A stretch of 64,000 bases of DNA. It comes from Octopus sinensis. Taxonomy: Eukaryota. The position numbers were made by a program, and so were the translations under genes. The notes under the pieces were generated by a model, which was not told where the DNA came from, did no database searches, and saw nothing but the letters and a program-made list of their open reading frames with translations. Below are positions 27,160-39,942 of this stretch, piece by piece. The DNA lies in NCBI RefSeq assembly GCF_006345805.1, contig NC_043012.1, positions 49,166,001 to 49,230,000 on the forward strand, in the 5' to 3' direction. Within the stretch, counting starts at the first letter, position 1, and each line of letters starts with the position of its first letter.

Positions 27160-27201
27160 GTCCCTTTCTGTAGAAGAGCGTAGGCGCGAAACGTAAAAGA
27201 C
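27160..27201 (+). ncRNA. Minimal hammerhead variant with CUGUAGA core
   Basis: GTCccTTT CTGTAGA A GAGC gtag GCGC GAAA CG TA AAAGAC; loop-less palindromic stem III ACGT, GUA site; one stem II mismatch; a ~90-nt tail runs into TATATA at ~27292. Confidence 0.55.
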
Positions 27202-28592
27202 TTTTTCTATTCCTGAGCGTTATACTAATACATCTGTTTGTTTTGTACACCACCTTCTTCGTCTTTTGTTGTATTTTTCGTAAACTCTCCCTATATATAA
27301 GTTAGCTGTTAGAAATATTACATTACATTCATAGACAATCAACACACGTAGAAAACTTAGCAAGAATGACGTGGAATGACAATTTGCATGTATAGGCGTA
27401 TACACGTAGACATAACCATTGCTACGTACAAAAGTATGTACACACATACATATACATAAGTCGAACAAACAGAGAAGCTGCCATAGGGAAACAAGATATT
27501 TGCAAATTCTCTACCATAAAAACGTGTTCCTTTTCTTTTATCACTTATGTGTTTATTTCTATCTATCTCCCTTATGGATATATGCTGAGCTGCTGAGATC
27601 CCCTTCAGTCATGACTGACCATGGGATTGCACCTAGAAAGTTACCCTCCAAGGTACAAGTCCGGGCAAGGTTGTTTACAGAAGACCAGCAGTCGCTCATG
27701 CATACCAGCCATCCCTCTCCACGCCACCAGTGGTTATCCAAGGTTGAGGCAAAGGCCGATACAGCTTGGCACCTGTGACGTCACAACTCATTCCTACAGC
27801 TGAGTGAGCTGGAGCAACGTGAAATAAAGTGTCTTCCACAAGAACACAACACGCAACCCGGTCCAGGATTCAAACTCACAGCCTCACGCTCTAACCACTG
27901 AGCCATGCGACTTCCCTATGGATATATACATACACATATACATGCAAGAAAGAATCGCGCATGTCAAATTTATATGTACAGATTAATACAAAAAGATAGA
28001 TTGAATCGGCTACTTAATCCATCTTTTCGTATCGATATATTTGGCATATACTCTGCGGATATCTAAGGATTCCCTTGTATATATCCATTGACAGAAATTT
28101 CACTGCATGGTAGCATTTTACTAGCCGAAACACGGAGAAGGAAATCCCATTATAAGGTTTATACCCAGATGATAAAATGCACGCGCGCGTATGTATGTAT
28201 ACACACAGACACAAAGATGCATATGCATAGGTCTGCATACATACGAGTGAGTGGACAAATGGAAGACGGGTACGCAACACATTTATTGGGGGTTTCATGT
28301 ATTGATCAGAACAGTTTGATTAAAATTCCTTACTACTTCTGAGCTATATATATATATATATAAATTTCAGGGTAGTAAAATATTATTTAGAAATGTTTTA
28401 CCACTGTGGCCTAGCGTGTACAAAAACTAGTCAATAGACTATATATTATTCATTACATATACAATGTACATTTAAACACATAGGATATGGCCATAGTCGG
28501 ACATCTAAACCGCTAGAAGGAGTAGTTAAAATCCAAACCACAATTTGGGGTAATTTCGAAAGGGAATGAAAATTAAAAATATTTACCATCTA

Positions 28593-28667
28593 TTTCCTGG
28601 ACCATGGTTTCGAGCTATCTTCAGCAAATAAAGTAATTTGCTAGGCGAAGCTCTCATCAGCAGGAAA
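28593..28667 (-). ncRNA. Type I hammerhead ribozyme, canonical core
   Basis: Minus strand reads TTTCCTG CTGATGA GAGCT tcgcct AGCAAAT tacttt ATTTGCT gaagat AGCTC GAAA CCATGG TC CAGGAAA: 7-bp stem I, intact CUGAUGA/GAAA core, G10.1-C11.1, palindromic stem III ACCATGGT, GUC cleavage site (between 28600 and 28599). Confidence 0.9.
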
Positions 28668-29103
28668 GCCAAAGATTAACATATAAGTCCGAGGCAATAC
28701 AGAAAATGCCTCGTGCATACATGTTATTATTTTTCTAATCCACCTCGCAAGCGCATTTTTTTTTTATTGGCAGCAAATAGAAGTAATGCCGATTTTCTTT
28801 CAAAATTAGTCAAAAGAATTATTATTGATAAATTTCAGGGTAGTAAAATATTTCGAAATTTTTTACTACCGTGGCCTAGCGTGAAGAAAAACTAGTCAAT
28901 AGACTATTATTCATTACATACACACAGTGTACGTTTAAACACATAAGTGATGGCCATAAGCGGACATCTAAACTGCTAGATGGAGTAGTTAAAATGCAAA
29001 CCACAATTAGGAGCATTTGGAAATCGCTGTGGATTTGAAAAATTATAACATGCAAGCACGTGGCATGTTCTGTATTGCCTCGGACTTATAGGTTCATATA
29101 GAC

Positions 29104-29360
29104 CAGGGATTCTCAACCGCAGTCTATATGAATGACCCTTGTGGGGGTCCACAATATTTTGTTCTTAAAATTTATTTGCAAAAAATTGCTTGTACTCTTA
29201 CATTATTCGAAATATCTTAACAATGCTTTATACAATTCCTGAAAATATCTAATTATCAAAATATCTGATTTTTCAAACATCGAATGATTCTGGGTGTCCA
29301 CCCGAGTAAAATAGGAAACAGAAGGAAGCATAGGTAAAAAAAATTGTTTGAGAAACACTG
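29104..29360. mobile_element. hAT (Charlie-type) MITE
   Basis: Ends CAGGGATTCTCAACC / TTTGAGAAACACTG; flanks ATATAGAC / ATCTAGAT resemble an NTCTAGAN 8-bp TSD. Confidence 0.7.
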
Positions 29361-29669
29361 ATCTAGATGTCATTCTTTTGTTCTTTTACTTGTTTCAGTC
29401 ATTTGACTGCGGCCATGCTGGAGCACCGTCTTAAGAGTTTCAATCGAAGAAATCGATCCTAGGACTTATTCTTTGTAAGCCTAGTGCTTATTTCATCGGG
29501 TTCTTTTTGCCGAACCGCTAAGTTACTGGGACGTAAACACACCAGCATCGGTTTTAAGCGATAGTGGGGCATGGGGACAAACACACACACACATATATAT
29601 ACACCTATATATCCATATATACATATACACGCATATACCAATATATTATATTATATATATATATATATA

Positions 29670-29717
<48 letters not shown>

Positions 29718-30759
29718 ATATATATATATAAATATAAAATATTAGAAAAAACCCCACCTTTTATCAATTCAAAAGAAATAATTAAATTACATCATCTAGA
29801 AAATTACATAAATAGAAAAGTTAAAATTAAAATAACAATTAAAAAGTAAACATTAAGTAAATTACAAAAATAATATATTGTATATAATAGGTAGAAAAAC
29901 GACACGTGTTTCGCTGCTATATTTAAGAAATGATTATTTGATATTTCTAAATCTTTCTAAATATATATATATAATATATATATATATATATAATATATAT
30001 ATATATATATTATTTATATCATTATATGATTAAACGCCACGCATCCACTTATTCATGATCCGGACCCCGAGCGAATTTTTCTCTCCGATCAATTAATTTT
30101 ATAATTCTATGATCGAAGAGAATTGAGTTAAAATAGATACATTTTGGACAGTTATTGAGTAATTTTCGAATATTAGCCCCCAAATGTTAATGAATTCACT
30201 GTTGGCTACCTTTCTGATAGATTGAAGAGGTAATTGATTACCTTCATTGTCGATTGAAAGAACAGATACACATATAGATTAATTTACTATCCGATTAAAT
30301 CACCGATAGCTGATGGTAAGCGAACGTAAACGAGTGGACAAATAAACAAATGTAAGGTGCTTTAAGGAAGACGGCTAATTGGCTGTTCCTCAGCGCAGCT
30401 GGTTCTACCTGTTCAAAATTTCGTCGTTGTGCGAGGTGTTTAGATTTCAAATGCCACCAATGCCAGCTTTGTTTTTCATCGTTTCACGCTTAAGAATATT
30501 TGTTTGTAAGCTTAGAATAGATTTTTATTAACAATGTATTATTGAAAATGCATTCATAAATAAAGTACGGAACTGGGAATGGTTGTTATCGGTTTAGCCT
30601 AGAGACAAGTTAATTCAACCTAACCTAGCCCAGAGACAAGTTAATTCGCCTTAAGCCGTGTCTCCTGGAACCAATTAACGCTATAGGGTGAGGTATTCCT
30701 GTGTATATATATATATTGTTGTATTTAGGAATGGTCATAACTAGACAACAATAGTAGTA

Positions 30760-31262
30760 GATACTGCCGCACCAGGACACAGAGGGAAAGACCATCCACC
30801 ATCACCCTCGACAGTGAAAAAAATAACCGCAGAGCGCTGGAGTGGCTGGGTCATGTCCACCCAAGGTCGTGAGAACAATAGTCTGGTGAAAAGAATGATT
30901 GCACTTGCAAAAGGATCTAGTTTAAGAACCACCGTAAAATTCACATAGCAAAGTTTAAGAGGAAACTATACATGCAGATTCAAGGTGCAGCCATTGGCGT
31001 CGGTGTGGCTGGAGATGTATCCGGCTTTTTCATTACCTGGTGGGACAGAAAACTTAAACAAGCCTTAGCGGAACAATCCATAACTGTTTTGCTATACTGC
31101 AGGTATGTAAATGACATTAACATTCTAGTTAGGGGAAACTCTGGTAACTGTAACGTAGAAATTGAGAGGAGCATAATGGAGAGCGAGTAGCTAACTCCAT
31201 CCACTACAGTATCATGGTAACTATAGCTTACCCCACAAGGCACCCTGATAATAGGAACATGA
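30760..31262 (+). mobile_element. Penelope-like element RT fragment (decayed)
   Basis: Translates with frameshifts to KRMIALA..., KFKRKLYMQIQGAAIGVGVAGDVSGFFITWWDRKLKQAL...LLYCRYVNDINILV, then VANSIHYSIMVTIAYPTRHPDNR. This matches the PLE RT motif order (GxAIG...WWD...RYVDDI...IANSIHxSIxVTxDYP); catalytic YVDD reads YVND. Confidence 0.85.
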
Positions 31263-31512
31263 GACTGACTCGGTTTCGAGCTGGTAGACTCATCACCTGT
31301 CACCAGAGTCGCACCGATAACCAGCTGGTGGATATCTGCTTGGGGTTAAACTGGTAGTAACATGGAACACACACTAAAAGATGTATATATGTATGTATAT
31401 CGTAACCCTTGGGTTCCGATAGTTTAATTCTGAACAATCCAAATTCAGATTGTGCTTTGAGGGTTTTCCTATAAATTTGTGTGTTTTTGTGTGTGTGTGT
31501 GTGTGTTTGTGC

Positions 31513-31555
<43 letters not shown>

Positions 31556-31860
31556 CGTGCGTGTGTGTGTTTGTGCGTTTGTGTGTGTGAAAGTCTCATT
31601 GAAATTTACGAATATGTTTCGACTGTGTTATAGGTCATCAGTAAAGCTTCTCCACCACATTTTGGTGGAACTCAATGCAGGGATGCTAAAACTGTCCCCA
31701 TGATGTGCTGAAAAGCATTAAGTTGATTTCGAAACTTGACACAATTTCAATCCATAGAAAAGAGATCACCGAACGCTACTCTTCTCTGGATCGAACAGAA
31801 AAATGTCAAGGCTGGAAAAGTAAAGAGAATGGCAATAGATAAGGTTTGAACACATAAACT

Positions 31861-32307
31861 GGATCTTTTCGGTTTGAACGGCAGTTTTTAAAAAATAATT
31901 TCTAGATAACTAAACACTTTTAAACTTTGTATACTGGTAGAATGTGTTTATAAAACATATTTTTCTCTTGGCTTTATTGAGAAAATTCTATAGTTTGTAA
32001 GATATTTGTTCTTTTTTTTCTTCAATTTCTGCAATTTCAACCAAACAGTGACGTCTATTGAGGTAAAAAAAAACATTCTGTGCCGTATGGATATGTCCCT
32101 CGTTTAATAAACAGATTGAGTTTATTTACATTTGTGAAGAAAAAAAGATACCCTTCCCCCCACCCCTAACCCTAATCTAACTAACCCTACCTAACCCCAA
32201 CCCTAAAACAGATTGAAATGCAATAGGTCGATACTAGGGTCATAATTATGGGTGACAATTTCATATGACACCGTTTGAAAGAACTGCCGTTCAAACCGAG
32301 AAGATCC
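31861..32307. mobile_element. MITE, GG-terminal TIRs, 8-bp TSD (Merlin-like)
   Basis: TIR GGATCTTTTCGGTTTGAACGGCAGTT / AACTGCCGTTCAAACCGAGAAGATCC; TSD CATAAACT at 31853-31860 and 32308-32315; internal CCCTAA-like repeats. Superfamily assignment is inference. Confidence 0.8.
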
Positions 32308-32599
32308 CATAAACTAATCAATATCAGTGTCCTAAGAACTTTTATTTACCATTCTTACCAAAAACAACATATTGTTTCCACAACAATTGTTTCATAATTA
32401 TATTTCTTCCTCCGCAACTTTGCGTCACTGAACTAAGTTGATAACGATTGCGAAGATCAAAAGCAAGAATGAAAAAGAAAACTAAAAAAACCAAAACCAA
32501 GAAGACAAGAAAAGAGAGAAATGAAAAGCTTAGAATTAGGGAAATAGATGTCAATATAATCCTAATGTATATCCACAGAATTTGCGCACGCACACACAC

Positions 32600-32644
<45 letters not shown>

Positions 32645-33002
32645 CACAAACACAAACACACACACATACCAAACATATATAGACACATACATATACACAC
32701 TAATAGTTACTATTTCTAAGTAGCATTATAAACACAGCAAGGCAAGCGAAGTAATTAGCGTTCACGGTTCGTAATAGGAAGAATAAGGTCTCATTAACTT
32801 CCGCTACTTGCTTCCTAAGGTGTGTCTTTTTTTTTTAATTTCATTTTATTTTTTATTTTTATTAGTGACATTTACATAGCTTTTATATTGTTTGTTTTGT
32901 GTTGCTTTTTCTTTTGTATTTCTCTTTTCTGCCTGCGTTTTGTTTTGTTGTTTTTTTTTCTCTTTTAATTAATGGTGTTTTCACATAAACGATGCCGAAT
33001 GT

Positions 33003-33036
<34 letters not shown>

Positions 33037-33217
33037 GCATCAACACTCACACACACACATCAAACACATACACAAACGTAATGTTCTTTATTATTTTTCA
33101 TCCTCACAAAGTGTACTGGTGATACTTACGAAACTGACTTAAAGCTAGGTGCTTGCCTCACATGTAGAGTGAATTATTATTGTTGTAGGTGTTATCATCA
33201 TCATCATCATCATCATC

Positions 33218-33251
<34 letters not shown>

Positions 33252-34204
33252 TCATCACATAAATACCTTTATAAGTACGAACATACACATGCTAACACAC
33301 ACGCACACATACACACACACGCAACGCACGTACACACACCACGCACATATGCGCATAAACAGTTATATATAGAGTAAATAATATCATTTCTTAATTTAAA
33401 GCATTAATATACAACTGAACGCCAAGTATACGTTTTCCGTTTTATAGTAGGTATAATAATTACATATAAGATAATTCCATCGAGAATTGTACACGCCTCA
33501 CTGGTAACTATGTCACAAATACCCAATGCGATTTAGCAATGGGAATACGGTTATTTGTGTTAAGGTAATTTGATGCCGTTTAAGCCGTCTTTGAAATCTT
33601 AGCGTAATTGCAGGCCCTTTGATTCTGCTTTTTTAATGAATCTGCTTTTGATTTTATGTTTCGTTTAGTTCTACAATTCTGCTTGTGGACCAACGAAAGG
33701 GCTTCTTGCATACTTGGTCCCTCTGCTTGAAATAGTAACCAAATCGTTAGTAAGTCATACCTTTATCATCATGTAAAAGGAGAACAATCTAGTCGGAATA
33801 TGTAGTCATAAATGAGATTTCGTAATTTTACAAAGAACGTGATTTCTTGAATTAACGGGAAATATACTTGTTTTATCACACGTCTCTTCATTCAAAAATC
33901 TCTTGGGGTAAATCAACAAAAATAGCAACTCCACTTGCAAATATCATCCTTTTCGCTAGTGTTATTTAACGAACATGTATGCAATATTATTTATCACATT
34001 ACAAATTATATTGATTTCTAAAAATTACTATACAAGACAAATGCGGCGTACTGGCGGTATTTCTTCCGGCTCTTTACGTTCTGAGTTCAAATTTTGCTGT
34101 ATTCGACTTGCTTTTCGGATTCGATAAAATACTTGCTAACTGAAAACTGATCTCGAATTTTACCATCCTTTAATATTACTGACCAAAGTTTGATAATAAT
34201 GTCG

Positions 34205-34582
34205 TGGCACTCCGTCGGTTTCGACAACGAGGGTTCCAGCTGATCCGATCACGGAACAGCCTGCTCGTGAAATTAACGTGTAAGTGGCTGAGCACTCCAC
34301 AGACACGTGTACCCTTAACGTAGTTCTCGGGGAGATTCAGCGTGACAGAGTGGGACAAGGCTGGGCCTTTGAAATACAGGTACAACAGAAACAGGAAGAA
34401 ACAGTGAGAGAAATTTGTGGTGAAAGTGTATAGTAGGGTTCTCCACAATCCCCTGCCAGAGCCTCGTGGACCGTCAGGTGTTTTCGCTCAATAAACACTC
34501 ACAACGCCTGGGCTGAAAATTGAAACCGTGATCCCACGACCGCGAGTCCGCTGCCCTAACCACTTGGCCATTGGGTTTCCAC
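34205..34582 (-). mobile_element. Chimeric SINE: family E head + family D tail
   Basis: Matches 22250-22456 up to CTTCCTGTTTCT, then continues into TACCTGTATTTCAAAGG... as in 21460-21634. Confidence 0.8.
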
Positions 34583-34676
34583 AATAAGAATAAAGCAGTA
34601 TACATATTGGGGAGTGTCAGTAAATACAGTAATTTAAACCAGCTATGTGCCTCTCCTCACTCTCCACGCACACACA

Positions 34677-34748
<72 letters not shown>

Positions 34749-35992
34749 GAGTTAAGGAATGGAGTAGATAAGATCCGGGTTAGATATGTTTCATAGCAAG
34801 CGGAACCTTGAAAGTGGTAAATATTCAAGTGAGGTGTATACCACAGGCTACTCTTCAGGACAAGGACATCTTGAATAAATTCATATATGCATATGTATAT
34901 ATAAAAAAGTGAAGATGAGTGGCTTAATTGCTAGGGTATTCGGATTGCATTTTATCACGTCGCTCCAGTCTACTTAACTGGCAAAAATTTGTAGTACCTG
35001 TAATACAAAGAGTCAGCTTTGTCACATCCTGCGACACGTTGATTCTCATTGAAAAGTACATAAAGAGTGCTCAGCCGCTTGCACGTTAATTTCTCGAGCG
35101 GACCGTTTTGTTGATCGGACCGACTGGAACCCTCGTCGTCGCAACCGACGGAGAGCCAGTTACATACTAAACAAGGATAATACACTTATAATGCATGAAG
35201 GGTGATACTCATAATCAACCTTGTTACCTCCTTAACTTACAATATATAGAAATAATTAAGATTCTGTATGAATTTGTTGCGCTGGTGCTCTACCGAATCT
35301 GGTTATACTTTATAGTAATTAATTTCGTTTAGAATTGATCCACAAGTGAGCAATTGCTCTTAAATTATATATACATTATCAAATGTATTCTTTATCTAAT
35401 ACACACACTACACGCACGCACACACACTCACACATGCATGCACACACCCACACAATACTTTTACAAGAGTTAGGATGATACTGATTTTGAAGTCTCGGCT
35501 GGTTAACCTTCCTCGAGTTGTCCAAAGAAATCCAACTTCGAAGTCACTGTCACTTCCAGTGACAGTATAATAAATATGTACTCTAGCAGAAGTATTGAGT
35601 AATTCTTCAGTTTAATTTCAAATAATTTTATTGTATCTCGGCAGAAATCCATACACTAAGATATACACATGTGTGTGATTCTGTGTGTGTGTGTATGTAT
35701 AGTTATACACACATGCACAAAGTCATGTATATGTGTGTATGTGTGTGGTGGCGTGTTTGTGATATAAAAAGGCCCACACACCAGGTATGTCAGACTATCT
35801 TGTTCTCTTTTACAGGTTAAATAAAGTATGTATGCGTATACATGTGTGGATGCGTGTGTTTGTGTGTGTGTATTCGTGTGTGTGTATGTGTGTGTGTATG
35901 TGGTTACTTAGAAGACACAATTTAAGATCTTTATTTGAACACGTGACAGATTTATTGAGATACACACAAGTATAGAATCTCACGCACACACA

Positions 35993-36035
<43 letters not shown>

Positions 36036-36840
36036 GTGTATAAACGTATGCAGAAATATACACATGCAACATACGCGTAATTCTCTTGGAAATTAATTGG
36101 TGGATGCCTACAACGTATTTATTCCGCTCGTTCATTAAACGATCTCCCACAACCGGAAGCAAGCAGGCAACCAACTAACAGCGACGCCTGGTGTCCGTTC
36201 GTGCCTTTATGATCGTTTGAAATGAGATGCTGCGGAAAACAAATCACATATGTCTCAACCTCATCCCCCTCCCATCTCCGCGACACACACATACACCCCT
36301 CCACCACTGCTGCCGCCGCCGCCACCACCACATGTAACCTCTTTACCAGCAGCACCACCTTCCACTACCACCATCGCGTTGTCTCTTTTTCTCACGACCC
36401 TTTACCTTGCCCTGATCCGATTACTTGCTATTTGCCCGGTTGCTTCTGGTTGTTTAGTGTTATGATTTTGAAGCAGTTTTATCTCTCCTTCTTTCTCCTT
36501 AGTGTATTAATTTCTCTCCCACCTATCTTCTGCTTTCAAATCTCAGGCAAAATTTTCACACACACGTGTAAAGGCATACAAATGTACACGTATAGGTACA
36601 GATTAATGATACAAAAATGTATATACACACTTACATATAGAGACACACACGTACGCAATGAAGATCAATGGTGTATACTCACACGCACACACACAGAGGT
36701 ACACTCACACACTTGAGAGAAATTTCGAAGTCACTGCGAAGGTTTTCATTGTAAAGATCAATGAATATTTATTTTACTAAAAGCATTGAATAAACCTATA
36801 AGCTTTCAGTTGAATGCTAAATAGTTCATTTATATATATG

Positions 36841-36887
<47 letters not shown>

Positions 36888-37043
36888 TACATGCATAAAT
36901 ATACATACATACACACATATCTATATATATATATACATATATATATATATGTATATATGTATATGTATGTATATGTATGTGTGTGTGTATATATATATAT
37001 ACATACATACATTATATATATATATATATAATATATATATATA

Positions 37044-37176
37044 TACAAGTTAAGAGGAATGACCACCAATGTGGATTTCTAATATGCTGAGAACACACTC
37101 TTCGTGGTAAGGCGATTTGACGTCTATCTTTAGCATATTAGGAATCCACTTTGGTGGTCATTCCTCTTAATTTGTA
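37044..37176. repeat. Inverted repeat after a TA array
   Basis: 45-bp arms 37044-37088 / 37132-37176, 42/45 matched. Confidence 0.9.
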
Positions 37177-37845
37177 TGTAATATAATTTGTAATCTTTGG
37201 AGTTTTTAAATATGATAAGCCACTGGTTTTAATTGATTAAATATCAATTTCTACCCTCATTATTTAATTTATATATATATATATAAATGAACTATTTAGC
37301 ATTCAACTGAAACCTTATAGAAAATTGAATATATGAAAAACTTTATTGCTCACAGCGGTCATTTCGACTCAACCGTCATCGATCCCTAGCAGGTGAGGTA
37401 CTGAACAACTGGTTAAGCTGCATCCCTAGGTGCAGAAGTGTCTAGTCAGGTGTTGTCATAAGGTTTATCTCATTACACAAACCCTGTTTCGCTCTGTTTT
37501 TGTACACCATATTGTTAGTAGCCGTATGCTAAGCCGTTGAGCAGGAACGACGAGGGACAGATTCATTTGCGATGTTATTTATTTCCTGTCTTTGATATGC
37601 TACTAAATACATGTAGACAAATGTCTATAATATCACTAAGGAATCTGTCCCTCAACGAGTTGTATATCACCACACCCACGATGAATCGATGCAGAATGGG
37701 TCGAAACGATCGTTGTGAACAATGAATTTTTTCTTCTCTATACATTATACCAAGGACCATACTTACTGAGGTAATTATCAGGAGTGCCTCCGGATACTTC
37801 TATCTCTTAGAGTGCTTAACAGCTCTAACTTATACATTATTTATG

Positions 37846-37886
<41 letters not shown>

Positions 37887-37887
37887 C

Positions 37888-37919
<32 letters not shown>

Positions 37920-38793
37920 TATATATAGATGTATATATGTATATATATATATGTGTGCGTGCGCGCACGCGTGTGTGTGCGTATATTATATATATATATA
38001 TATATATATAACTCGTGAAATGGTTGGTATTCTAAAAACAACCAGCCGCCCTGGACAGTAAGTTCCATTCTGCAAATAAGAAATGCCTATCTGTCCTGTG
38101 GCATCGGAAGATCGATAGATTGGTCATTGAAATTAATAAAACTACCTATACATACATACATACATACATACATACATACATACATACATACATACATAAA
38201 CGTACCTATACATACATGCATACATACATATATGCTCGCAAAAATGGATGATGCATATATGTAATACTAGGTTGACTGAACTATACCTGACTTTGAATTG
38301 TTTTTAAATATAAAGCAAACACGAATAAATTTGTTACCTTGTGATGCGAATCATACCTTTACCTTGTATGACGTGTTAAATCTCTCATTATTTTGCACAC
38401 ACTTCCACACTCAAATTTTTGTGGATACGGAAACACATTCTATGCCAGCGTCTCTCCCGCACATTCATGTCTATTGCTGCAGCAGAAGTGTTATTTGAAT
38501 CGACCTATGACGCTGTCTCACAGTGCAAGTGTACCAGCGCTTTAGGTACCGGAAGGCTTCGTTTCATGTTTCAAAGTGTTCGGTGATAGGCAAAGGAGTT
38601 GAAAAAAATATTTGGCAAAGTATTATGCCTTCCTTTGTAACATACCCGATATTCTCAGACCTGGAGAGACAGGATGAGCGGCAAGAATGACTTCTGGGGG
38701 ACCCGATATCAGAGTGCGAAAAGTCACAACAAATAACGCAAGGCAATCTGTTCAGTTGCCAAATACCTCATCTAACAAAAACACCATGTTTGA

Positions 38794-38844
<51 letters not shown>

Positions 38845-39057
38845 TGAGTGTGTGAGAAACAGAGAGAGGAGAGAGGGAGGGAGAGTTAGTTTAACTTTGT
38901 TTATTATTAATCGTGCAGATTAATTGTCGTGGCAGAGAATAGGAGAACTTATCGTTTAACGCTCATGGAACAATTTGTGAATGTATTTTAACGACAGACA
39001 TATTGGGATCTGTTGTAGTAAACACGCAAACACATGTGCTTTTTTAATCAATTAATC

Positions 39058-39200
39058 TATACATACATACATACATACATACATACATACATACATTCAT
39101 ACATACATACATACATACATACATTCATACATACATACATACATACATACATACATACATACATACATACATACATACATTCATACATACATACATACAT
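39058..39200 (+). repeat. (ATAC)n microsatellite
   Basis: Tetranucleotide run with ATTC variants; similar run at 47505-47585. Confidence 0.95.
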
Positions 39201-39766
39201 ATACACATACATATGTGCGTGCATGTGTGTATGTATGTATGTATGCATGTATTTATTATGTACGTAGTATTTAAGTGCCCGTGCGTGCTTGTGGTTACTT
39301 AAATATATTTAGCAGCAAAAAAAAAAAGAAAGATAAGAGAAAAATATACCGTAAAGGCTTCAAAGATATTCATGCCTATTTTAAGAACTACAGGAATCAT
39401 GCTCAGTAGCTTTCTCTTGGGTGAACTTAAGAATGGCTAACAATGACATCTGTATATTGGAGTCACTGTAGGGGCAACGTGAAATACGTGTCTTTGAGTA
39501 CTTGTGGTCGACGTGGTATTGGGGATAATGGTGGTGTAGAGGATAAGGATATATGTACATGTTACACATCAGCAACCTTTCTTTACAGAGTGTAGATAAG
39601 TATTTTACCAGATACGGTAAACAAGACATATCGTTGAGGTTATCACAATTGATACAATCACAACACTGGCGAAACGCTAGCGGTGTAAAAATGTTAACTT
39701 TCCCTGTCTCTACAAATTTTATGGACCTTTGCTTCCGAAGTGTTGCTGCGCAATTTACTAGGATCC

Positions 39767-39813
<47 letters not shown>

Positions 39814-39942
39814 TACACACATAAATACACACATATACACACATATACACACATACACATTCACACACACAGACAAAGGCGCACACACAACGCTCACATG
39901 TTTCAGTTCCTTAGTACTCTGTGTTTTCCCTTTGAGTGCAAA

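Noticed and set aside
39381-39780. ~125-aa non-repetitive minus-strand ORF
   Set aside because: No recognisable domain or splice structure; the start lies in a TG repeat.
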